Part shown: piece by piece, positions 9,240 through 18,346 of the stretch | How positions within the stretch are numbered: position 1 is the first letter of the stretch | How the letters are laid out: each line of letters starts with the position of its first letter | NCBI GenBank assembly: GCA_964345555.1 | Contig: CAYFRD010000001.1 | Span: 9,672 to 73,671, forward strand | Reading direction: 5' to 3' | Length of the DNA: 64,000 nucleotides | Source: an uncultured Peptoniphilus sp. | GTDB lineage: Bacteria > Bacillota > Clostridia > Tissierellales > Peptoniphilaceae | Program-made: the position numbers and the translations under genes | Notes under the pieces: model-generated | The model's database searches: none | What the model was told of the DNA's origin: nothing | The model's input: only the letters and a program-made list of their open reading frames with translations

Positions 9240-9765
9240 TATATTCCTCCAAATTTTTAAATCCTCGTTGCTTCAGAATCATAGTACCTAACAGTTTGAG
9301 GGCAAAGGCATTGGCTATTAACTCCACGCCCAACTTATTTTCATCAACTTCAAACCCGCCTATATAGTCACGACCTTCTTCCACCATGTATCCGAAGACA
9401 CTCTTCAGTGCATTTTCAACGGTTTGTGCAAAGGTATCGTAAGCCTTGTCTATCTTCATCAAATCCAGTTGCAACTCAACACCCGTCTTGACCTCGCTTA
9501 TATTTAAAACTTGTTTGTAAACAGCTATTACAATTAAATGAGCCACTTGAGTCCGATTGTACTTTCTTCCCTTTGGTTTTGGCAAAAATCCAAGCTTCGT
9601 ATAATTCTGAATCATGGTCGTAGTTATGGGAAGCTCCTCACGAATTATCGGATTTAAAACTTTCGCTATATAATTCACAACCTCCTGATTAAACAAACTT
9701 TGCTCCGGCAGTTCCTTCCACCTGGGACAGTGAAAATCGTAAATCGCTAAAAATTCTTTCTTCAA
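9226..9765 (-). CDS. DUF1836 domain protein
   Basis: PRWKELP...TTTMIQNYTKLGFLPKPKGRKYNRTQVAHLIVI is the DUF1836 signature. The start is moved to in-frame TTG 9765 (AAGGGG 8 nt upstream), because the track ATG 9822 lies inside the predicted promoter. The 3' end overlaps degV by 14 nt. Confidence 0.7.
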   Translation of the reverse strand: MKKEFLAIYDFHCPRWKELPEQSLFNQEVVNYIAKVLNPIIREELPITTTMIQNYTKLGFLPKPKGRKYNRTQVAHLIVIAVYKQVLNISEVKTGVELQLDLMKIDKAYDTFAQTVENALKSVFGYMVEEGRDYIGGFEVDENKLGVELIANAFALKLLGTMILKQRGFKNLEEYNEEN

Positions 9766-9803
9766 AACAAAAACCCCTTGTAATATATAGTTATTGTAAC
9801 CAT

Positions 9804-9832
9804 ATATTACAAGGGGTGTCATTATTTGTCAA
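9804..9832 (-). promoter_or_regulatory. Sigma-A-type promoter TTGACA-N17-TAATAT for the DUF1836-degV operon
   Basis: Minus strand: -35 TTGACA at 9832..9827, a 17-nt spacer, -10 TAATAT at 9809..9804. Confidence 0.5.
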
Positions 9833-9914
9833 GATTTTACTGAATTATAGTCTAAATTATATTATTTAACTACGCTGAACATCATGAATCTAAGCCAAAA
9901 AGCAGATTTTCCGG

Positions 9915-11408
9915 TTATCTTCTTTTTATTGAACCTAAAATACCTCTTGCTATTTCTCTGCCTATGGTCCTTGTGATGGTGCCGAACATTGAGTCAAGAC
10001 CTCTGTCGAGATATTTTCTGTCTTCCTTTCTTTTTTTAGCTTCTTCTTTTTCTCTCTTTTCCTGCTCTTTTCTCATTATCTCTTCTTGTTTAATTCTTTC
10101 TTCCTCTTTGCGAAGTTCTTCTTCTTTCAACTTCTGTTCTTGAAGTTTCGATTTTAAAACCTCGTAGGCGGATTCTCTGTCAACTGCAGCATGATATTTT
10201 CCATAAAGATAGGAATTTGTAACTATATAATTGATATCTTCCGGACTTAGATTGTCAAAGGAGGAATGAGGAGGTCTTATGAGCACTTTTTCAACTTTTG
10301 TAGGAATGTTTTTTTCATCGAGGGTCTGTACTAAAGCTTGACCTGTTTCAAGATTTAAAATTTCATCAACTGTATCAAAATTTTCATTTTCGCGCAAAGT
10401 TTTTGAAATCTCTTTAACTGCGGCGGCTTCTTTAGGCGAAAATGCTCTTAACTGATGGATGATTTTAGTTCCTAATTGAGATGAAATAGTATCAGGTATA
10501 TCCATAGCATTTTGTGTAATAAAAAATATTCCCACTCCCTTTGATCTTATGAGTCTTACCACGGTATTTAATTTTTCAAGAAGTGTTTTTGATATGTTTT
10601 TAAACAACAAATGTGCTTCATCAAAGAAAAATACCGCTACCGGTTTTTCAGGATTTCCTATTTCAGGCAATATTTCAAAAAGTTCTGAAAATAAATACAA
10701 TAAAAATATTGAATACAGTTTCGGTTTATTAATCAATCTCTTACTGTTTAATATATTTATAAATCCGTTGCCCAATTCATCTCTTTTCAAAAAATCATTT
10801 ATGTCTATTGTCGGCTCTCCGAAAAATTCATCCGCACCTTCCTCTTCCAGTACAAGCAGTTTTCTTTGAATGGAGCTGAGAGATGATGATGCTATATTGC
10901 CGTATTTTACGGAAAGTTCTTCTCTATGGTCACGCAAATATCTTATCATGGAGTTTATATCTTTTAAATCAAGCAACAAAAATCCCTTTTCATCTGCAAC
11001 TCTAAATAATATATTTATAATACCTTCTTGCGTGTCGTTAAGTTCTAAAACTTGAGATAGAAGTAAAGGCCCCAGTTCCGATATTGATATTCTAAGATTC
11101 AATCCTCCATCTCCGTATACATCCCAAATATTTATCGGATAGTTTCTGTATTCAAAATCCCCGATGCCCATTGCCTCAAGTCTTTTATTTATATTTTCAT
11201 CAGGAGTGCCCACTTTGGATAAATTAATTAAATCAGACTTCACATCACTTAAAAAAGTCGGTACTCCTATTTGAGACAGTTCCTCACAAATAATTTTTAA
11301 CGTGACCGTCTTTCCGCTTCCTGTCGCTCCGCATATTACTCCATGCTGATTCAACTTGTCGCTTCTTAAATTGAAATATTCTTTTCCCTTTCCTAAAAAT
11401 ATATCCAT
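9915..11408 (-). CDS. DUF853/HerA-like P-loop ATPase (YjgR-like) with Lys/Glu-rich C-terminal tail
   Basis: Walker A (GATGSGKT) and Walker B context (VFFFDEAHLLF). The C-terminus is EEELRKEEERIKQEEIMRKEQEKREKEEAKKRKE. Confidence 0.8.
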   Translation of the reverse strand: MDIFLGKGKEYFNLRSDKLNQHGVICGATGSGKTVTLKIICEELSQIGVPTFLSDVKSDLINLSKVGTPDENINKRLEAMGIGDFEYRNYPINIWDVYGDGGLNLRISISELGPLLLSQVLELNDTQEGIINILFRVADEKGFLLLDLKDINSMIRYLRDHREELSVKYGNIASSSLSSIQRKLLVLEEEGADEFFGEPTIDINDFLKRDELGNGFINILNSKRLINKPKLYSIFLLYLFSELFEILPEIGNPEKPVAVFFFDEAHLLFKNISKTLLEKLNTVVRLIRSKGVGIFFITQNAMDIPDTISSQLGTKIIHQLRAFSPKEAAAVKEISKTLRENENFDTVDEILNLETGQALVQTLDEKNIPTKVEKVLIRPPHSSFDNLSPEDINYIVTNSYLYGKYHAAVDRESAYEVLKSKLQEQKLKEEELRKEEERIKQEEIMRKEQEKREKEEAKKRKEDRKYLDRGLDSMFGTITRTIGREIARGILGSIKRR

Positions 11409-11614
11409 ACTCTACCTCCATTTAATCGCATACTCTGTTAAAAATAGTATATCATTTGAAATTGTTTATGAGATGTTTATTTTATAAGCAAGTTGAAAAT
11501 TTTATTATTTATTTTGTAATGATTAATTTATTTTTCAGTTATTTACACAAAAGGGACAACGGAGCAATTAATTATAATCACCGGCTCAATAATCAATTTT
11601 ATTATGATAAATCA

Positions 11615-11660
11615 CTAAAAAATATCTGTTGGCAGATGTTTTCTTATACCCAACAGATAT
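11615..11660 (-). terminator. Intrinsic terminator downstream of the lipoprotein gene
   Basis: Perfect 12-bp stem AATATCTGTTGG (11621..11632) / CCAACAGATATT (11649..11660), followed by a T-run on the minus strand. Confidence 0.55.
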
Positions 11661-11778
11661 TATATAATCTAAAATACGATATTTTAGTTTTTAATGATTT
11701 AACTCAAAAAGCGAATGAATTAATATCACTATTCACGTGTATGGGTTTTATCCCCCAACGGTTAGGAAACCACATTAT

Positions 11779-12351
11779 TTACAAACTCGAATTTAACAGA
11801 CTCTTAATCTCTTCCGGAATTTCTACACTTTCAAGTATATTTACTTTCTCATAACTTCCCGTCTGCTTTATTTCTGTAACTTCATTATTATCCTTATTTA
11901 AAAATTTCGCTTCCCACTTAAAGGAAATCGGATAGTAATTGTCTTTTTTAAAGTAATAGCGAGCCTTTAATGAAGTAAGTTCTTCAAAGGATGAATTGCA
12001 TTCCTCTCTGCCGAAAAGTATATTTTTGATTTCATTTATATCATCCGGACCAGATTCAAGCTCAACTACATAAGTATCTTCCGACTCCATCAGTTCACAG
12101 TAGTTTTCAAGTGATTCTAAAATATTATTTGAACTGATAATTGTTTCACTTATGAAATAATCTTCTTCATTTTCAATTACTTCGTTAACCTTTAAAATAT
12201 AGCTCTCCAAATCCTCTTCATCGACAAATTTAGCAAATATTTCCTTTTTACTCGGAACTTCAGCGCTTTCTGTAGGATTGTCTTTTTTATTTTGTGAACA
12301 TCCCGTCAAAAGTATAGCTATAACTAATGAAATCATTAAATATTTTTTCAT
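11779..12351 (-). CDS. Hypothetical lipoprotein
   Basis: Start at ATG 12351 gives MKKYLMISLVIAILLTGCSQ, a signal peptide with a lipobox (LTGC). No family recognised. The SD is weak. Confidence 0.6.
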   Translation of the reverse strand: MKKYLMISLVIAILLTGCSQNKKDNPTESAEVPSKKEIFAKFVDEEDLESYILKVNEVIENEEDYFISETIISSNNILESLENYCELMESEDTYVVELESGPDDINEIKNILFGREECNSSFEELTSLKARYYFKKDNYYPISFKWEAKFLNKDNNEVTEIKQTGSYEKVNILESVEIPEEIKSLLNSSL

Positions 12352-12753
12352 AATTATCTCACGATTGATTAAGCATATCTTATTACTGGTTTTATAATTG
12401 ATCAAATCAATTCTACATTTTGATTAAAATAAGCTATAACATAAATGGTTCCGTTTCCATAGCTATCATAACCCAAATATCTCCAGCTTAATTTAGCCGT
12501 ATGATCCCATTATAAATTGGAATAAAACCGAATTTTCCCATGCTTTTGACTATAGAAACATCAATTCCTAAATATGTAAGAAAACCTTTTACTTGCACTC
12601 TCTTTTTTTATTTTATAATAAAGTATAAATTTAATCAACCGAGCTGTTATTTTGTATATTGTTATGAAAAGAACTTACTATCCCGTATGAGTTTTATCTG
12701 ATGACTTTCTTGTTTGCAAAGGGTTTCATCAAGAATAAGCCCCAAATAACATT

Positions 12754-12787
12754 ATAAAAACGGAGTTCTTTATTTTAAAGACTCCGC
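12754..12787 (-). terminator. Intrinsic terminator after the BceB-type permease gene
   Basis: Minus strand: CGGAGTCTTTA-AAA-TAAAG(A)ACTCCG followed by TTTTTAT. It lies about 45 nt after the stop at 12830. Confidence 0.7.
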
Positions 12788-12829
12788 TTTATTTGTTAAT
12801 TTCATATGTCTAATTATCTTTTCAATATT

Positions 12830-14791
12830 TTAATACACTGCCTGTTTTTTCGAGACAATTCTGTAATAAGATCCTGATGTTAATTTATAGATGGCAATAT
12901 AGATCAAGAAGTAAATAGCATACACTGCTATGAAGGATATTATCTTGTACTTGGTTTCAAAGAGTCCTATCATCGAAAGCATGAAACTTATGACTTTAAA
13001 TGCCACTGCGATGTGAATGCCTGCTACTATGGGTGGAAGCAAAAATACGGTTTTAACTTGTGTGCTTATGCTTTGTTTGACTTCTCTTTCCGTCATGCCG
13101 GCATTTCTGTAGACGTCAAACCTGTAAATACCCTCATAACCCTCGGAGATCTGCTTGTAGTATATCGAAAGTGCTGTTGCAAGTATGAATACTGCTCCTA
13201 AAAATATTCCTATGAAAAATATCGCTCCGTAAAGGGACATGAAAAATGCTTTTTCATTTTCTCTGTTTGTTAGTGAAAATCCTGCAACCCTGTTTTCCAC
13301 TTTGAAATTTTCCATTTCTGTGGTTATCATGTCAACTCTTGAGTTGGATTTATCGCCCTTTATATTGAAGGAATAAATACTTTCATCGCTTAGCAGCTTA
13401 GGATACTTGGATATTAATTTCTCCTGATCATCTACAAATACGGTCACCGTGTTCAAAACACCGACTTCATTTATAGCTGATTTAAATTCGAAGTTCGTCA
13501 CTTTTTACCCTACAGATATTTTATCCTCGGGTAAAATTATCTCTTCTATGGGTGTTTCTCCGCTATAGAATGCTTCCGTGCTATTGTCCGCATATTCATC
13601 TCCCAGTACTCTTTTATCCATAAATACGATTATTGATTTATTGTAGTCGGTCCAGTTGTTGTAGTCGCTGAAGTTATAGGCTTTCGTCCCTTCAACGGTG
13701 GCAAATCCCCTGGAAAAATCTTCTTTGAATTCTTTTTCCTTTTGTAAATTGTCTTGTGCTAAAAGTTTATCTATCTGTGCGTATATATTATTTTTATCGG
13801 CGAATTTATTGTCGGTCTTCATATTTATCTGTCTGGGGAAAATATCGCTTATCATTTGGTCGGCAGTGAAGTACAGAGCCGCCGCTGATGATAAAAGCAC
13901 AAGTGTGGCACAACTCATAATACAAATCGTCGCAAGTCCTCCGGCGTTTTGCTTTATTCTGTGTTTAAGTCCCGATATTGCCACAAAGTTATCAGCCTTG
14001 TAATAAATTTTTGAATTTTTCTTTAAAACATCTAAAACAACAGAGGTTACAGCATTAAATCCAAAATTGGTTCCCACTATTACAAAGGTAGCTGCAAGGA
14101 AAAAATTTGGTATAGAGTTAATTGGTGATTTCGATGTAAGCGCAATATAGTATCCTGCTCCTATGAACAATACAGAAAGAACCGCCTTTATCCAAAGTGG
14201 AATTATGCCTTTGTCCATCTTTTTCGACTTTGTGAACAATTCAAGGACATTAGTCCTTCGCACTTCTATTATTCTTAAAATTATAATCAATACATCTATG
14301 ACAATAAATACACCTAAAGTTATAAAGTAGCTTTCAAAATTCGGCAGGAATTTCTCCAATCCTTGAAATTTCATCGCCTTCAAAAACAGATCTTCAAACA
14401 ATCTGTAAAACAGAGATGAAGATATAAGTCCTGCAATGATCGACCCGATTCCCACTATTAAAAATTCAATTATCAGTATTTTTGATATTTGTGATTTTTC
14501 CAGTCCCAATATATTATACAGTCCGAATTCCGACCTTCTTCTATTCATTATGAAGTTATTTGCATATATCAAAAATCCCAGAGAAAATACCGACAAAATT
14601 AACATACCAAGGAATAAAAGTGATTTTACATGATCCATTCCCTCGTAACCGTCAATGGATTTATTGAAGAGAATATTCAAGCACAGCCCATGTATCATTA
14701 CCAATATAGAATTCAAAATTATAAAGGGCAGATACACCTCTTTGTTCTTGGTTATTCCCTTTGTAGTTAAGTTTAAATATAGGTTTTTCAT
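12830..14791 (-). pseudogene. BceB-type (FtsX-domain, 10-TM) peptide-antibiotic ABC permease interrupted by one in-frame TAA
   Basis: ORFs 13505..14791 (428 aa) and 12830..13501 (223 aa) are in the same frame. They are separated only by TAA (13507..13505) and AAA: ...PEDKISVG*KVTNFEFKS. Combined length is about 652 aa, and the break falls in the large extracellular loop, as expected for a single BceB-like polypeptide. Confidence 0.8.
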
Positions 14792-15544
14792 TTACTCACC
14801 GCCGATTTGTGTGAGTGAATTGGCGATTTCTTCATACATCTGTCTACCGCTTCTGTCGCCCTTGTAGAGTTGGTGAAATATTTTGCCGTCCTTTATGAAC
14901 AAAATCCTCGAAGCGTAGGATGCCGCCTTTATTGAATGGGTGACCATGAGTATAGTTTGTCCGCTCTCATTTATATTCAAAAAATATTCAAGCAAGTTGT
15001 CGGCGGATTTTGAGTCCAACGCTCCTGTCGGTTCGTCTGCAAATATTATCTTAGGATCTGTTATCAAGGCCCTTGCGACAGCGACTCTCTGTTTTTCTCC
15101 GCCGGAGAGCTCATAGGGATACTTGTTTATTAGTGATTCAATGCCCAATTTTCCCAAAACACGCATGAGTTTGGGCTTCATGTCTTTTATTGATTCCTGT
15201 CGCAATACAAGAGGCAATAGCACATTGTCTTTTACATTAAAAGTATCTAAAAGATTGTAATCCTGAAATACATATCCTAAATTATCTCTTCTGAATTTTG
15301 TTCTGTCGCTGTCGGGTATGCTGCTTAAGTCCACATTTTTTAAATGGATTTTCCCTTCTGTGGGTTTGTCCAACAGTGCCAATATATTGAGCAATGTGGT
15401 CTTTCCGCTGCCGGATTCTCCCATTATGGCTACGAATTCTCCCTCTTCCACGTTGAAATTTATATTTCGCAGCGCTTCCACTTTTTTATCTGAAAATTTT
15501 CGTCCGTATATTTTTTTGAGTCCTGTAACTTCAAATAATGACAT
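14792..15544 (-). CDS. BceA-type ABC transporter ATP-binding protein
   Basis: Walker A (GESGSGKTT), signature (LSGGEKQRVAVARAL), Walker B (IIFADEPTGALD). It abuts the permease gene. Confidence 0.9.
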   Translation of the reverse strand: MSLFEVTGLKKIYGRKFSDKKVEALRNINFNVEEGEFVAIMGESGSGKTTLLNILALLDKPTEGKIHLKNVDLSSIPDSDRTKFRRDNLGYVFQDYNLLDTFNVKDNVLLPLVLRQESIKDMKPKLMRVLGKLGIESLINKYPYELSGGEKQRVAVARALITDPKIIFADEPTGALDSKSADNLLEYFLNINESGQTILMVTHSIKAASYASRILFIKDGKIFHQLYKGDRSGRQMYEEIANSLTQIGGE

Positions 15545-15602
15545 ATTATCACTCCTTGAAATTATTATATAAAAAAAGGAGAAAACTCTCCCTAATTAAA
15601 AG

Positions 15603-15628
15603 TTACATTTTCTCCTCTGAACTTACAT
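15603..15628 (-). promoter_or_regulatory. Direct repeat ATGTAA-N14-ATGTAA upstream of the ABC genes; candidate response-regulator box
   Basis: Minus-strand ATGTAA occurs at 15628..15623 and 15608..15603. The repeats lie about 35-60 nt upstream of a TATAAT (15569..15564, minus) that lacks a -35, which is the layout of an activator-dependent promoter. Confidence 0.3.
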
Positions 15629-16602
15629 TATTGTAAGGTGCTCTTGTCAAATATGAGTTTAACTGTTGTGCCTTCTCCCACACTTGAGTCCACTTCCAAT
15701 TTTATGTTCAAACTATCTGCAACGGATTTCACAAGGCTGAGCCCCATTCCTGTGGATTTAGTGTAAATTCTGCCGTTATATCCCGTAAATCCCGGTTCGA
15801 AAATCCTTGGCAAGTCCGATTTTTCTATCCCTATGCCCGAATCCTTTATGAATATGCAGCCATCTCCCGACAAAATATTTATCTCTCCGCTCTTGGTGTA
15901 TTTAAGAGAATTTGATATCAACTGCGAAATTATGAACTCCAGCCACTTGGAATCGGAAATCACAACCATTTCTTTAAAATCGGCATTTATTTTTATTTTG
16001 TTTTTTATGAACAAATCAGCGTACTTTCTCACAGAAGCTTTCACTACATTCTCAACTCTCACCTTTGAAAAACTGTAGTCCGTCACCGGTGAATTGTGTC
16101 TGTAGTAAGCCAATATCATATTTACATAATCTTCTATCTTCAGAACTTCAATTTTTAAATCCATCCCATCACGCTCTTCCAACAGCAAATTCAGAGCTGC
16201 TATAGGCGTCTTTATCTGATGTGCCCACAAAGTGTAGAATTTATTCACTTCTTCCAATCTTATCTTGTCCTCCGAGATTAAATTCTTACTTTGCATTTTA
16301 TAGGCTTCTATTCCTTCAAGAAGCAATTTAGACATAGGATCCGAAATTTCAATATCTGTACTTACTTCATCACCCTCTAAAAATCGAATTAAATTCAAGT
16401 ACTTGGATTTATACCTTCTGTAAAAGTACAAACTGCACAGAAATAAAATCACAAAGGAAATCAAAACCGCATACAAAATCGAAAAAACTTCGATACTTCT
16501 GCTGTATAGCACCAGTGTAAAGACAGCTGCAATCAAAACCACTGCCGTTAAATATGAAAATCTTGACTTTATATAATATAAATAACTAATCCGTCTCAAC
16601 AT
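15628..16602 (-). CDS. BceS-type intramembrane-sensing histidine kinase
   Basis: Two N-terminal TM helices with almost no external loop. H-box WAHQIKTPIAAL. G-boxes DSGIGI and GMGLSLV. The start is moved to ATG 16602 (MLRRISY), overlapping the regulator gene by 17 nt. Confidence 0.85.
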   Translation of the reverse strand: MLRRISYLYYIKSRFSYLTAVVLIAAVFTLVLYSRSIEVFSILYAVLISFVILFLCSLYFYRRYKSKYLNLIRFLEGDEVSTDIEISDPMSKLLLEGIEAYKMQSKNLISEDKIRLEEVNKFYTLWAHQIKTPIAALNLLLEERDGMDLKIEVLKIEDYVNMILAYYRHNSPVTDYSFSKVRVENVVKASVRKYADLFIKNKIKINADFKEMVVISDSKWLEFIISQLISNSLKYTKSGEINILSGDGCIFIKDSGIGIEKSDLPRIFEPGFTGYNGRIYTKSTGMGLSLVKSVADSLNIKLEVDSSVGEGTTVKLIFDKSTLQ

Positions 16603-17263
16603 AGTATCCCACTCCCACCTTAGTGTGTATGATGTTATCAAGACCCAAGGATTTTAGCTTTGCTCGCAATCGTGAAACATTCACCGTCAAAGTATTGTCA
16701 TCTATGTACTCATCGGATTGCCAAAGGCGCACCATTATTTTCTCTCTTGAAATCACCTGTCCCCTGTTCACAAGGATTATCTCCAATATTTTAAATTCAT
16801 TTTTAGTTAGCACTTCTCTCTTGTCCATGTGCGAAATAGTCATCTCGGATAAATTGAGTTCCAATTCCCTATATAATATTTTTTCAGGCTTGGAAACAAA
16901 GTCATAACTTCTTCTGAAAAGCGCCTTTATCTTGGCAAGAAGCACTTCCATATCGAAGGGCTTGGTGATGTAGTCATCAGCACCCATGTCCATTGCCATG
17001 ACGGCGTTTAAATTTTCCGAAGCCGAGGACAAAAATACTATGGGCACATTGGAAACTTTACGTATTTCTCTGCACCAGTAATATCCGTTATAAAATGGCA
17101 ATGTCACATCCATAATGACGAGATTGGGTGCAAACTCTTCAAAATCTTCCATGACTTTATCGAAATTCTCCACTCGCTTTACATCATAACCCCAATTTAT
17201 TAAATTTTTTTCAATTAGCTTTGCGATAATATCATCATCTTCAACTATGATTATTTTATTCAT
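16586..17263 (-). CDS. OmpR/BceR-family response regulator
   Basis: Receiver domain (IIIVEDDD...MDVTLP) plus a winged-helix output domain (LTKNEFKILEIL...TVNVSRLRAKL). Confidence 0.9.
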   Translation of the reverse strand: MNKIIIVEDDDIIAKLIEKNLINWGYDVKRVENFDKVMEDFEEFAPNLVIMDVTLPFYNGYYWCREIRKVSNVPIVFLSSASENLNAVMAMDMGADDYITKPFDMEVLLAKIKALFRRSYDFVSKPEKILYRELELNLSEMTISHMDKREVLTKNEFKILEIILVNRGQVISREKIMVRLWQSDEYIDDNTLTVNVSRLRAKLKSLGLDNIIHTKVGVGYYVETD

Positions 17264-17461
17264 ATCAAACCTCTATTATGCAGCAACTTAGATATAAAAT
17301 ATCGCCTTACTACAATAATAACCAATAGAGTATTTTACTTCAATTTATTTTTAAACTGTGCAATACAAAAATCATACTCCGCCCCATCTCAGTTTTTCCC
17401 ATATATCCAATAACAAAAAGTAGGGGGCGATGCTCTCATCGTCCCGAATAATCTTCGAAAT

Positions 17462-17491
17462 ATAAAAAGACTTCGGCGAATTTCCGAAGTC
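17462..17491 (-). terminator. Intrinsic terminator after the L,D-transpeptidase gene
   Basis: Perfect 8-bp stem GACTTCGG (17469..17476) / CCGAAGTC (17484..17491), followed by TTTTTAT on the minus strand, 7 nt after the stop. Confidence 0.75.
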
Positions 17492-17497
17492 CTATTT

Positions 17498-18286
17498 TTA
17501 AAATATCAATAATTCTTCTGTTTTGTATTCTTCTTGCGGTGTTGCAGGTGCTATGGGTTCTACAGGCTGCACAGGTTGTTCCGGTGTTTTTACCTCTTCA
17601 TAAACTCTCTGTTTAACTCCCCAACTTTCCAGTTCTGCATCTGTACCTATCCACACGGGCATGCCCACTCTTGCTCTGGGGAATATAAATGTTTCAATGT
17701 CATAGTTGAACATTCTTATACATCCGTTTGATGAAAAAGTGCCTATTTCTCGCGGCTTGATTGTGCCGTGAATTCCATATCCCGATTGTCCGGGAATACT
17801 TAGTCCCATCCATCTTTCTCCCAGCGGGTTTTTAGGATCGTCCGCCTTTACGGGTGTGTATTTTCCTCCCATTCCTCCCCATGCGGGATTGACGTGTTTA
17901 TTTGCTATCTTCGCCTTTGCAGAAGGCGTGGGTGTAGCTGTGGTTCCCAGACATACAGGGAATTTATACATGGGATCTGTTCCCTTGTAATAAGTCAAAG
18001 TCTTCCTGGTTTTGTTGACCACTATCCACTCTCCCGATGTTGGTGCTGAGGTTATCTCGTCTTTTACGACCATATTGGGTCCGTATAGGACTTTATTGGT
18101 GAGGTCGTTCAGTCCTCCTGTCACCACCAAATTTGAAAGGGCTTGAAATCTTTTGATCTCGGCAATTCTTTCAGCGCCTTTTTTATCCATAAAATTGTTC
18201 GGTCTTACATAATTTGCAAACACATCGCTGGGCAAAATCACTAAGACCAGGAATAGTACTGCAGCTAACATATTTCTTCTCTTCAT
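17498..18286 (-). CDS. L,D-transpeptidase (YkuD family) with signal peptide and Pro-rich C-terminal tail
   Basis: Active-site context GIHGT...SNGCIRM. N-terminal signal/anchor MLAAVLFLVLVILP. Confidence 0.88.
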   Translation of the reverse strand: MKRRNMLAAVLFLVLVILPSDVFANYVRPNNFMDKKGAERIAEIKRFQALSNLVVTGGLNDLTNKVLYGPNMVVKDEITSAPTSGEWIVVNKTRKTLTYYKGTDPMYKFPVCLGTTATPTPSAKAKIANKHVNPAWGGMGGKYTPVKADDPKNPLGERWMGLSIPGQSGYGIHGTIKPREIGTFSSNGCIRMFNYDIETFIFPRARVGMPVWIGTDAELESWGVKQRVYEEVKTPEQPVQPVEPIAPATPQEEYKTEELLIF

Positions 18287-18346
18287 CTTTTCACTCCATT
18301 TGCATTTATAGCATATATTTTATACCATATATGTCAATTTTCAAAG

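Noticed and set aside
11456-11854. 132-aa plus-strand ORF in the gap between the DUF853 and lipoprotein genes
   Set aside because: It has no SD and a low-complexity Asn/Phe/Tyr/Ile composition typical of AT-rich non-coding DNA. It runs through a 12-bp-stem terminator hairpin and into the convergent lipoprotein gene.
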